Shown: one piece after another, positions 13,767 through 34,056 of the stretch | How the letters are laid out: each line of letters starts with the position of its first letter | How positions within the stretch are numbered: the first letter of the stretch is position 1 | Assembly: GCA_000004695.1 (NCBI GenBank) | Contig: CM000153.2 | Location: 4,416,001-4,480,000, forward strand | Reading direction: 5' to 3' | Source: Dictyostelium discoideum | Taxonomy: Eukaryota | DNA length: 64,000 bases | Position numbers and translations under genes: made by a program | Notes under the pieces: generated by a model | What the model saw: only the letters and a program-made list of their open reading frames with translations | Database searches by the model: none | Told to the model about the DNA's origin: nothing

Positions 13767-14687
13767 ACCAAAAACAAATTGAATTACTAATATATTATTT
13801 TCTAAATGTATTGAGATTTTTTTTTTAATTTTTTATTTTTTTTTTTATTTTTTTTTTTTTATAATTTTTTATTTTTTTTTTTATTTTTTATTTTTTTTCA
13901 ATTATTATTTGTGCAAATATTCACCAATTATAGAAACAAAATAAAAATTTAAAATTTAAAATTTAAAATAAGTAAAATAAAATAAATAATACAGTAGAAA
14001 AAAAAATAGTGGACTTAATGAAAACTAAAAATAAATAAATAAATAAATAAATAAAAAAAAAAAAAAACAAATCAAAATATCCTTTTTTTTTTCTTTTTTT
14101 TTTTTATTTTTTTTTTATTTTTTTTTATTTTTTTTTATTTTTTTTTATTTTTTTTTATTTTTTTTTTTTTTTTTTATTTTTTTTTTTTCAATTTAAATAT
14201 GATGTTTTGTTAAAAATAAAAAAATAAACAAAACAACTTTTTGTTGTTGTCAACTTTTTGCCTGTTAATTTTTTTTTTTTTATGATTTATATAATCTTTT
14301 AGATTTATGCTTTTTATGTGTAGTGCTTTATTAATGTGGTATTTATTGGTATTGTGATGAAAAAAAAAAAAAAAAATTTTAATGATGGTAATATATTATA
14401 ATCATCAGTTATCAAAAAAAAAAAAAAAAAAAAATAATAAAAAAATGAAAATAATAAAAATAAAAATAAAAATAAAAAAAAAGAAAAAATAAAATCGATT
14501 ATTGAGGAGATGCAACCCACATTTTTAAAAAAAAAAAAAAAAAAAAAATAAAAAAAAAAAAAAAAAATAATTACTTTATTTTATTTGTATATTGTCATCT
14601 TTGATTTTTTTATATTTTTGAAGTAAATTAATAAATATATATTTTTTTCTTTTTTTATTAATAACCGTTCCTTTTTAATTATTATAA

Positions 14688-14718
<31 letters not shown>

Positions 14719-15307
14719 TATTTTATGTGTCTTTAAATGATTTATAAGTTGTATCTATTTTTGACCAAAATTTTATTTTTTGTAGAAAGAATTTTTAATT
14801 TTATTTTATTTAATTTTATACCTTCTTTTTTTAAAAAGAAAAATATCTATTGACTCTTTTTTTATTGTTTTAAAAAGATTTCTGTTTTTTTTTTTTTTTT
14901 AAAATTTACACCGAATAACCCACTCGCACATAATTGTATATCTTAAAAATTTTACACTTTTATTTTTGTTTGCTTTTAAATTTTTTTAATTTTTTTTATT
15001 AATTCTTGTTCCTTTTATTTGTGATTATGTATATAAATAGGGAGTAAAAAAAATTGGTTATTTAATAATTTTTTATGACAGCAATGATTTTATTTCCTTT
15101 TATGATTTTTATTTTATCAATAGCAATATTTTTTTTTTTTAAAATGATCATTAATTTTAGAACTAATAGTTTATACTTGTTGTTTTCTACATTATAATGC
15201 CAACCAAGTAAAGATTATAAGCTCATATTTTTTAAATTAATTATTTTAAATAAATATTTATTTATTTATATTTATTTTTATTCCAGGTAATAAAAATAAT
15301 AATAATA

Positions 15308-15354
<47 letters not shown>

Positions 15355-16129
15355 TATTAAGTATCACCTTAATTTATTATTTTTTTTTTTAAATTTAAAA
15401 TTCAAAAAAAATTCTTTGAATTTTATTGGTGAAATTATTGTTTATACCATAATAAAAATAATTAAATTATTTTAATCATTGTTTAAATAATCAATGATAC
15501 ACTTGGAGTATTTTATTTATTTATTATAATTAATATTTTGTTTCACTTGGGAGAATTAATTCCTGATAATAATTAGTAATTAAAATAATCCTTTTTTTTT
15601 TTTTTTAAAATTTCAAAAAAAAATTTATTCTATTAATTAAAAAATAAATATAAACATAAATAAATAAATATTATTTTAATATTTCTACAAAAAATACTAA
15701 AAAAATAAAATAAAATAAAATAAAATAAAATAAAATAAAATAAAATAAAATTAAAATAAAATTAATTTGTGATCAACATTCAATCTATAAAAAAAAAAAA
15801 AAAAAAATATAAATATATGAATTTTATTTAAATAGGTTTAATTTTCATATGAACACCTTTTAGTAATTAATAAAAATAAACATATATTCATTCTTATATA
15901 ATATTTTTGGTTAATTTGTGGTTCTATACTATTATTTTAATTAGTTAATTATTAAAAACTATATTATCATTTATTTCAACTAAAGTCCTTTCCAATATAG
16001 GTTTTATTATTATTTTTTTTTTTTTTTTTTTTTTTTTTATACTTTAATGCCCCATTTCTCGCACTACAAAAAAAAAAAAAAAAAAAAAGTTGTCTTGTGA
16101 TATTTTCAAGTTTTGTAGTTTGGAAATTT

Positions 16130-16690
16130 TTCACACCACACATATAATATATTCACACACAATAATTTACTTCCACACACGCTCACTCTCACAAACACAT
16201 AATATACAGTTTTTATGTGTGTGTTTGTGAAATAATATATGTGGTAATTAATACTGTCACAATTAAATTTCATATGAACAACACAGATCATATTCAAAAA
16301 ATAATATTAATGAAAATAATAAAAAATAAAAACACACACACACAAAAACTTTGTCAACTGAATTTTTTCTTTTTTTTTTTTCACATACACACAAAACAGT
16401 TATAATTTGATTGTGTATATAAACAACAGTATAATAATTGCAACACTACCATTAACCACACAAAATTCCTCTACCAACAACAACAATTACTACAATAAAA
16501 ACAACACCAATAAATAAAACTATTTCTCTCAACTAGTCAATACAATATATTTTTTTATTTTTTTTTTTTTATTTTTTTTTTTTTTTTTAAACACACTCAC
16601 ACTTAAATACATTTATTCATTATGAATATATATAATATTTTTATTGACATAATAAAATATTAATACAAACTCAAACTCACACTCACACTA
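16130..16690. promoter_or_regulatory. Cluster of CA-rich / C-rich elements (acacac, cacccac, ctcacactcac) inside a 5.1-kb divergent intergenic desert.
   Basis: The composition shifts visibly from A/T homopolymers to CA-rich sequence. CA-rich elements are known cis-elements of developmentally regulated Dictyostelium promoters. Confidence 0.3.
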
Positions 16691-17867
16691 ACCCAAAAGT
16701 AGAATTAAAATTTTAATAGAATAAAATGAAAAAAAGTAGTATAAAATCAAACACAACCAACAAAAAAAAAAAAAAAAAAATAAATAATTTTCCAAAAAAT
16801 AAAAAAAAAAATAAATAAAATTAAAATAAATTGTTTGAGTAGTTTTTTTTTTTTTTTTTTCTCTACAGCTATTTAAATTTCATTTATCTAAATATTTAGG
16901 AATTTTTTTTTTTCCTATTTTTTTTTTTTTTTTTTTTTTCCAAAATCTAAAAAAAAATTGCAAAAGCAACCAAATTTTTTTTAAAATTCCGGTTGTTATT
17001 ATTATTTTTATTAAATATAAATAATTTTTTTTCATAATAAACGATTTTTGGGAATAAATAAAAATAAATAAATAAAAAAAAATAAAAAAAAGTGTGTTTT
17101 TGCAAAAAAAAAAAAAAAAAAAAAAAATAAACAAAAAAAAAAAAAAAGAAAAAAAATAAAAAAACCAAAATAAACAAAAAGGTTTATTTTAATTTTAATG
17201 GTTTTTTTATTACCTTGTTCCCTGTGTTCAAATTACAAAATTACAGTTTTCTTATATTATCAAAGTGTGTTTTGATTTTTAGGTGAATCAATTTTCCCTC
17301 ATTAAATCTTTCACCCCTTTTTCACATCTAATCAAGATAATCAAATATACTATTTTTAAAATAAATAAACAAATCTCAAAATACCACACCACACATTTCC
17401 CTATTTTATATATATCTCATTATCAAAATCATTTATTATTATTATTTAACATTTTAAAAGATTGAATTAACCATTTTTTTTTTTTTTTTTTTTAAATATA
17501 TATAAATAAATAAATAAATAAAAAAAAAAATAAAAAAAAAAATAAAAAAAAAAAAGCAACTCACACACACACACTTACACACACATATATATACAATCCA
17601 ACCAATAGTTCATATTCATTTCATTATTTAAACTTTTCAATTAATTTTTTTTCTTTTTTTTTTTTTTTTTTTTTCTGATTTCCAATCAGTACCTATCATA
17701 TATCTTGTTTGGTATTTATTTTAATTTTTTTTATTTTTGTTGTTTTTCACTTGTTTTTTTTTTTTCTTTTTTTTCATTAAATATTGTTTAAGGAGAAGAA
17801 AAATACAAAAAAACAAATAAAACAATATTAATAACATCATCAAGAAATATAATATTTTTAAAAAATA

Positions 17868-17898
<31 letters not shown>

Positions 17899-18280
17899 AA
17901 ATAATAATAATAATAAATAATAAATAATAAATAATAAATAATAATAATTTAAATTATTATAATTATTTTCAATTATAATTTGTTTTGTTTTTTTTTTTTT
18001 TAATTTTTTAATTTTTTTTTTTTTAATCATATTATATTCACATTTTTTGTGTTTTTTGTGTATTTTATGTGTAACATCACCCCAAAATTTAAAAATAATT
18101 TTTTATTCAATTAAAAAAAAAAAAAAAAAATAAATAAATAAATAATTTAAAAAAAAAAAACAACCCAGCAGACACATATCAGTAATCATAATCATAATCA
18201 TAATCATAAAATTATAATAATAAAAAAATAAATCCATTATTATAATAATAATAATAATAATAATATTTAGTTTTGGGAAG

Positions 18281-18311
<31 letters not shown>

Positions 18312-18351
18312 CACCAATCAATTTCCTAAAAAGGATCACAATTCATCCCCC

Positions 18352-18385
<34 letters not shown>

Positions 18386-18478
18386 ATTTTGATCACAGTC
18401 CATAAAGAAAATAATTTTTAAAAATTAAAATAGAAACCAAAATCAAAATTAAAAAACAGAGCTCGTTTTTAGAAAACG

Positions 18479-22712
<4,234 letters not shown>

Positions 22713-23106
22713 TTTTGTAATAAATGAAATAAATGAAAAAAGAAATTCTTTTTAATACTTTTATCCATTTTTTTTTTTTTAAAATTGTTTTTTTTTTTTT
22801 TTTTTTTGGGAATAAAGGTAAATTTTACACTTTAAAATAATATAACAGTTAAAAATGATTTAAACATTTGATAAATAAAGAACGATCATTTTTTTTATTT
22901 TTTATTTTTTAAAAAAAAAAAAAAAAAAAACAAATTTAAAAAAATAAAAAATAATTTTATAAACATTTTTTAAATTTTTTTTAACCTATTTAAAAATTAT
23001 TATTTAATCTATATAAAAAAGATTATCATCATAAAATTTGATTATAATATTATATTTTTTAAAATTTATATCTATTAATAAAAAAAGAATTTCAAGAATT
23101 TCAAGA

Positions 23107-23163
<57 letters not shown>

Positions 23164-23171
23164 GTTAATCA

Positions 23172-23346
23172 CCTTTAGGGGATTGAAATACCAAATTTAA
23201 GTTTTATTTGAAAAAAAAAACAATTAATCTTTCCTTTTAAAAAAATTAATTTTCCCCAAAATTAAAAAAATCCAAATTTTAATTTTTTAAAAAAAAACTT
23301 AAAAAATTAAAAAAAATTAAAAAAAGATATTCAATCCCCCTAGGGT
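23172..23346. mobile_element. Candidate MITE-like element: about 175 bp bounded by an imperfect 14-15-bp inverted repeat (TTAGGGGATTGAAATA ... TATTCAATCCCCCTAG).
   Basis: The two GC-containing arms are reverse complements of each other and sit in otherwise pure AT sequence. No target-site duplication could be verified and no coding capacity was found. Confidence 0.15.
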
Positions 23347-23797
23347 TTTTTTATTCTAAAAACAATAAAAAAAGGGGGTTTTAGGGAGGATTTTCCCCCC
23401 GGAGGGGAAAAATTTCCCTATAAAATTTGTAAAGACATGAAATAAAAAAAATAAAATAAATAATAAATAGAAATGAGCAATTGTTCATTCAAGTAAAGCA
23501 ATTTTATTACCAAAATAAAATTTATTTCAAAAGTATTAAAATAAAGGAATTTATAATAAATATAAAATGTATATATATAATAAAAATAACAATAATAAAA
23601 ATAATAAAACTTTGAATTATAATAATAAAAAAAAGACGTATAAACACAATATTGGTGGGATAAATTTCAAATTCTTAGGTAAGTTTGATAACTTAATTTT
23701 TTTGACCTTCCCATGTTCAATAATTTGAAAATTAACACAAAAATTTTTTACATATAAAATTCCCACTCAAACTTAACAATCAGAAACCAACAGTTTG

Positions 23798-23845
<48 letters not shown>

Positions 23846-24538
23846 CCCATTAAATTATGATTATTCTTTTAAAAAATTGCCAGTGACTTTTTTAACCCAA
23901 AATGGGACATAATATATAACTCTCCATCTTTTTTTTTTTTTTTTTTTTTAATTTAATTTTATTTTTTTTTTTTTTTCTTCTTTATCTTGCACAAAAATTA
24001 ATAGATGAATTAGATATAAACAGGTGTGTGTTATCATTCAATTGATAAACCAAATACACTTTTTCTATAATATTTACAAGGGTCAATTTTTATCTTTTTT
24101 TTTTTTATTGTTTTTATTTTATTTTTATTTTTATTTCTATTTTTATTTTTATTTCTATTTTTATTTTTATTTTTATTTTTATTTTTATTTTTTTTTTTTT
24201 ATTTTTTTTTTTTATTTTTATATTTTTTACAAAATATTTTTAAAATCACAACACTCATTCAAATTGATTGATTTTTAATTATTAAAAAAAAAATAATATA
24301 AAATATTAAAAAAATAATAAAATTAAAATAATTAAAAAACGATAAAAAAAATCTTTTTTTTTTTTTTTTTTTATTTTCTTCTTTTTTTTTTTTTTTTTTC
24401 TTTTTTTGTAAAATATAATATAACAAATTAATTTTTTTTTTTTTATTGGTTAATAATTGTAAGTAGAAATTGAAAAATATGCTAGTGGTTTATTTTTTTT
24501 TTCCCACAATTAACAAAAATGGAATTAAAAAATGGTTT

Positions 24539-24579
<41 letters not shown>

Positions 24580-26325
24580 CCATTATTTTTGTTTTTTTTT
24601 TTTTTTTTTTGATTAGTCTTAATTATATTGAAAAAAATATGACGCAGTCTTACGACATAATTGTTCATAATAATAGTTAAATTTTACCATTTCACTTTTT
24701 TCTTTTAATTTTTTTTTTTAACACAAAACTCCCACTAAATAATATATCTATCAATTATTTGTACAAATAAATAAAATTGCTTTTCAATTTTTTAATTATT
24801 ATATTCAATATATTTTTTTTTTGTTTTTTTTGTTGTTTTTGTTACTGTTGTTTCTAAATTCATTCACCCTTTCAAACGAACAAACCCACACTACCCCAAC
24901 ATGTTTAATTTTTTTTTATTTTTTTTTTTTTTTATATAACCCAAACAAAACAAACAAAAAAATCAAACCCCTATATTCCCATTATGGTTTTTTTCATTTT
25001 TAAAAATAAAAAAAATAAAAAAAAATAGAATTATTAAATTAAAAATAAAATAATTCATCATCTTTTTTTGTAGACAGATATGATTTCATCATTATTCCAC
25101 ATTATTTTTAAAATTCTTTTTCATATAATCTTATAAAAAAATATTTTTTAAATATTTGTAAAAATTATATTAATAAATAACCCACCCTCACACTCAATAA
25201 ATACCATCCCAAATTCATGGAAAAATAATTATTATTTTTTTTTACCCCCAACCCTGGATTTTCATTTCCAAAATTAAACACCATACTTTTTCATGTGTTA
25301 TAGAACCACAAATGTTAATAAGTTTGTTAATTTAAAACATAAATTAATAACAATAAAATAATAATAAATTAAAATAAATAATAAATTAAAAAATGAAAAA
25401 TAATTATTAATAAAAAATAAAAAATAATAAAAAAAAAAATAATAAAAAATAAAAAATTAAAAAAATTAAAATATGAATTTAAACAAACGACATAAATAAC
25501 TTTGATACTTTATTCATTTTCTTTTTTTTTTTTTTTTTTTTTTTTAATTTCATTTTGTACCATAAAAAAAAAAAAAACAACTAATTGTATTAAAATTTAT
25601 AAAAAATTGTATTAATATATCAAAAAATAATTAATCTAACCACAAGAATCAACCCCACACAAACCACAAATACTCCTTTGCAATCAAACCTCTCATTTTT
25701 AAATATATATATATATATAAACAATATAATAAAAACAAAAAAAAAATTAAAAAAAAAATAATAATAATAATAATAATTAAAACAAATAATTGTAATAATA
25801 AAAAAAAAATTAAAATTAAAATTAAAAAAAAAAAAAAAAAAAACTATATTCAATCCATTTATTTATATCATTCCCCCCCTAGTAAAATTACTTCAACAAA
25901 TTTAATTATCATACACACACACACACTCACACAAAAACAACTAGATTCCCAACTAAACCTGCAATAGTAAATATTTATAATGTATTAAAATTGTTAATTA
26001 AATTTATTAAATTTTTTTATTTCGTTTAAATCATTAGTATTAAACACAAAGTTAGTAATAGTTTTTGTTTTGTTTTTGTTTTGTTTTGTTTTTATTTTAT
26101 TTTTTAAAAAAAAATTTTAAAATATTTAGTGTCACCACAATATCTATGGATTTATTTTATTATTTTTAATTTTATTTTAAATTATCTTTTCCAAAAATAT
26201 ATTACTAAATCACAATTAAAAAAATAATTAAAAGATTGGAGGTTGTGATTTTTAATATTTTATTGATAATCTTTAAAAAATAAAATCAAAAATACTATAT
26301 TTTTTATAATTATTTTTATTATTAT

Positions 26326-26358
<33 letters not shown>

Positions 26359-26543
26359 TTTCCTAAATTTATTTATTTATTTTAATTTTTATTTTTGTTT
26401 GTTTTTTCCAAAGTTAAATAATTATTCCAAAATTGGAAACCATTATCTTTTTTTTTTATATCAATCAAAAAATTATTTTTAAAAGCTTTTTTTTTTTTTT
26501 ATTTTATTTATCTTGTAATAATAAAAAAAAAAAAAAAAAAAAG

Positions 26544-26579
<36 letters not shown>

Positions 26580-26685
26580 GATTATTTTAAATTAAAAAAT
26601 AAAAAGGATTTTCCCTGGTTCCCTTTTTTATTTTTTGGTTAATCAAATTTTTTTTTTAAAATCAGAAATCAAAAATCCCCAATCC

Positions 26686-26742
<57 letters not shown>

Positions 26743-26954
26743 CTCATTAAATCAAGATTCACAAAAATTATTTGTAAATAATAATTTTATTTCAATTTTC
26801 GATTTTTTTTTTTAAAAACAAAAATACTAAAAAACTATCACCATTTTTTACAAATACTCCCCCCCACTACCCACAAACCATTTTATTTCACTCGCGTATA
26901 CGAATAAATTTCTTTTATTAAAAAAACTACCCCAATAAATATAAATTGCATTAA

Positions 26955-26995
<41 letters not shown>

Positions 26996-27399
26996 GTAAT
27001 TAAAATAAACAAATTTTAATAAAACATTTTTTAAATATATACGATTTTTTTTTTCTTTTTTTGATTTTTTTTTTTTTTTTTTTTTTAGTAAATATGCCTT
27101 TTTACTAATACTAATTATATTTTTAATTTTCTATTTTTTTTTAAAATTATTTTAGTAAATTATAATTAAAAAACAATAACAAGTAAAAACTTTAAAATAA
27201 AATAATAAAATAATAAAATAAAATTAAATATAATCTCAAAAAAATTAAATTCCATAAATAAAGCAATAATAGTTATTTATTGATTAAAAATTAAAAAATA
27301 AAAAAAACCAATATTTATTTAAAACAATAATAATAAAAATAATTGTAATTATATATATAAATTAAAATATATATAATTTAATAATATATAGTATCATTA

Positions 27400-28466
27400 A
27401 TGGAAGTATCAACAGAAATTTTGTATAATAATAATAACAATAATATTATCAACCCAAATTTAATAAATAATGATAATGATAATAATAATAAAAATAAAGA
27501 TGAAAATTGGGTGAAAATTGATCAATCTGAAGCACCAAATAAATTTATTCAATATGTTGATGAAGCATCTAAACAGGATCAAGTATGTAAATCTTTTAAT
27601 TTTTTTTTTTTTTTTCCAAAACACTTTAATCTAATATTTTTTTTTTTGATTATTTTTTTTTTTTTTAAATAGATTATAGCTCATACAAGATATTCAACTA
27701 GACAATTATATTTACAACCAGGTCAAAAAGTAATGGATTGCGGTTGTGGAGCTGGAAAAGATTTAGGAAGATTAGAATCAATGGTCGAAGGTAATGGTAT
27801 CGTTGTTGGTATGGATATTTCGAGAGAAATGGTTGAATGTGCTAAAAGTAGAATGTCACATTTACCAAATGTTAAAATCTTTATTGGTGATGCTTCTCGT
27901 ATTCCAATAGATGATAATTATTTCGATGCGTATGTGTTTATTTTTTTTTTTTTAAAAAAAAAAAAAATTATTTTTTTATTAATTTATTTATTTTAAAATT
28001 TAGAATTAGATGTGAAAGATTATTACAACATGTAATTAATCCAGATTTAGTAATTAGTGAAATGACAAGAGTAATAAAAAGTGGTGGTAGAATCGTTATA
28101 ACCGATGCAGACTGGTCATCAACATCTGTATCAATTCCAAAGAATATTGAAGAGATTAATAAAAAGATATTAAACGATGTTGTATTTAATGCTCATCCAA
28201 CTATTGGCTTACATCTTAGAGGAAGAATGGCAAAGAATCCACAATTGGAAAATTTGGAAATATTCGCACAATGTTTATATACCGATAGTTTAGCAATGGC
28301 CGATGAATTCGTTTGGTTAGGTGAAAGAGGTAAAATGGCATGTGCTCAAAAATTAATCACCGAAGATGAATTTAATTTCTGGAGAGAAACCTTGGAAAGA
28401 ATGGACGAAGAAGGTAGTTTTGTTTTCACTATGAATATTTTTACTGTTAGTGCTTCTAAAAAGTAA
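27400..28466 (+). CDS. SAM-dependent methyltransferase (UbiE/COQ5 / Methyltransf_11 type). Three exons: 27400..27582, 27673..27929, 28004..28466.
   Basis: Exon 2 carries VMDCGCGAGKDLGRL (motif I) and VVGMDISREMVECAK. Exon 3 carries RVIKSGGRIVITD (motif III). Donors GTATGT and GTATGT; acceptors AATAG and TTTAG; phases 0 and 2 are consistent. Confidence 0.7.
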
Positions 28467-28849
28467 ATCACAAAAAAAAAAAAAATTTATAAAAAAAAAC
28501 AAAAAACAAACACCAAAAAAAAAAAACATAATGATGATAATATAACACTAATACACTAAAAAAAACCCCTCAAAATACGCACGCATTACTTTTTTTTCAC
28601 AAAAAAAAAAAAAATTAAAACACAAATAATAATAAAATTTAAATGTAACTTTTGTTTTTTTTTTTTTAAAAAGAAATTTAAATGTGTCAACTTTATTCAT
28701 TAATTTTAATAAAAAGAAAAATAAAAATCTGTTTTGTTTAAGAAAAGAAAAAAATGAATTAAATTAGTATTAATGATTTTTTTTTTTTGAATATCTTTTT
28801 TTTTTTTTTTTTTGAAAAATATTTGGACAATAATGTTGTTTAAAGTAAC

Positions 28850-29060
28850 TCAGAGACAATAAATGATCGATCAAAGCTAGAGACGAGAACACAAATGATG
28901 TCTGCTAGTTCATACGCAAATTACGTTCATCACTGGAACTGAAAACAACATGTCGACACTGTCTCTTGAAAGTAAATATTTTTTTTACATACCTCAAATA
29001 ATTATTTAAACAAGAGCAGAAATGGAAAGCTAGCTAGACGAAAGGACAATAATAAACTGG
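28850..29060. ncRNA. GC-enriched non-coding island and candidate small RNA gene (class unresolved).
   Basis: About 200 nt of complex sequence (about 40% GC) in otherwise homopolymeric intergenic DNA, with no ORF. On the minus strand there is a perfect C box GTGATGA with CTGA about 85 nt downstream, but the terminal stem is weak. A partial ACGCAAATT(A)CG U6-like string is not convincing. Confidence 0.2.
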
Positions 29061-29447
29061 AGAAAGAAAAATAATAAAAATAAAAAGAATGTTAAATTAA
29101 TAATTGAACTTTTTTTTATAAAAAATTATTATTTTTATTATTATTTTTTTTAATTGATTTATCAATGTTGCTTCAGATGTTAGTTTAGGTAGCTTGGGTT
29201 TTTCAACAGGTCAACGTTCTAACAAATGCCATTTTTTTCATCACAACAACACTTTGGTCAAATTTTTTTTTTTTATTTTTTTTTCGTTTTTTTTTTTTTA
29301 CACTTACTCTCAAAATTATAAAGTTGATGAAAAAAAAAAATAGAATAAAAAAAAAAATCATGTTTTTATACTTTAAAAAAAAAAAAAAAAAAAAAAATTT
29401 AAAAAAAAAAAAAATTACTTTTTTTTTTTTTTGATTCGGTTTTATCG

Positions 29448-29459
29448 AGTCACGTGACT
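29448..29459. promoter_or_regulatory. Perfect 12-bp palindrome AGTCACGTGACT (E-box / G-box; core GTCACGTGAC of the CLEAR / Cbf1 type).
   Basis: Seen directly, about 720 bp upstream of the NXF-like gene's ATG. A GC-rich perfect palindrome in an 80% AT region is unlikely by chance. Confidence 0.35.
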
Positions 29460-30181
29460 TGTTCTATACTTTTCAAAAAAATTAATGGGAGTTTACATTT
29501 ATTATTTATAAATTATTTATTTTAAGATATATTATCGATTTAAATAAAAAAAGTTGATATAATAAATTTTTTTTTTTTTTTTTTTTTTTTTTCTTTTTTC
29601 TTTTCTCTATAATTTTTAAATCTCTTATTAATAATTTTTATTTTTTTTTTTCTTTGATTTATTTTCCCTTTTTTTTTTTTATTTCTTTTCTACTCTTTTT
29701 AAAATTTTTTTTTTTTTTTTTTATTATTTATTTTATTTATTTATTTTTTTTATTTATTTTATTTTTTTTTTCTTATTTATTTTGGGATAAACCAATTATT
29801 CTTTTATTCATGAATTATTTTCCTTAATTAAATTTTTTTATTTTTTTTTTTTTTTTTTTGTTTTTTATTTTTAATTTTTTTTTTATTTTTTTATTATTTT
29901 TTTTTTTTTTTCATTTTTCACTTTTCGTCAGTACATCGTTTTTTTTATTTTATTTTTATATTACAACCTTTTTTTAATTATTGATTTGTTTTTAATACGC
30001 ACCTATAAATTCATTCACATAAATAATCTTACTTCATAGTATAATAGATAAATAAAAAATAAAATAAAATAAAAATAAAAATAAAAATATAATAAAAAAA
30101 AAAAAAAAAAAAAAAATAAATAAATAAATAAATAAAAAAAAAAATAAATAAATAAACAAATATATATAAATAAATATAAAA

Positions 30182-33348
<3,167 letters not shown>

Positions 33349-33725
33349 GTGGAAAGAAAATAAAATAAAACAAAATAAATAAAAAAAAAAAAATTAAAAA
33401 TTAAAAATAGTTTCTATTTCAATTAAAGAAAGGCCTTTTACATAATATTTATTCAAAAATAATAATAATAATAATCAAAAAATAAAAATAATTTTTAATT
33501 TGTATATACATTTTTTTTTATTTTTTATTTTTTATTTTTTATTTTTTATTTTTTTTTAATATCAAAAGATAATCTAAAACTAAACTTTCATTCAAACCTT
33601 TTTAAGTTTGTAAATAAAATACATATTAAGATTTTTAATTAAAAATCAGTTAATATATTAATATGGATTTGTTTATTTATTATGATCTTTATTACTTAAA
33701 TGATTTGTTTTTAGTTGAATTTACC

Positions 33726-33760
<35 letters not shown>

Positions 33761-34024
33761 TATTTTTTTTTAAAAAATTTAAAAATATCCAAAATAATAA
33801 CCCTTGGAATCTCAAGTACTTTTAATTATTATTAGTGGAGTTCATAAATAATTGGATGGGAAAAAAAAATTCTACTCTTTTAATTATAATATCAAAAAAA
33901 AAAAAAAAAAAAGTTAATAAAAAAAAAAAAATAGAACACAAAGATGTAAAAATAATGATTCAAATAATAAAAGACAAGGTTAATTTATTAATGAGAGATA
34001 AAAAGATTATGTGTTTTGTTTTAT

Positions 34025-34056
<32 letters not shown>

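Noticed and set aside
14030-14200. Tandem arrays such as (tttttttta)n and (aaataaataaat)n that could be mistaken for CRISPR-like repeats.
   Set aside because: They are simple low-complexity microsatellites without unique spacers, and this is a eukaryotic nuclear sequence.
28890-28960. U6 snRNA-like string ACGCAAATT(A)CG in the GC island.
   Set aside because: The U6 5' stem-loop, ACAGAGA box and AGC triad context are missing. The similarity is limited to about 10 nt.
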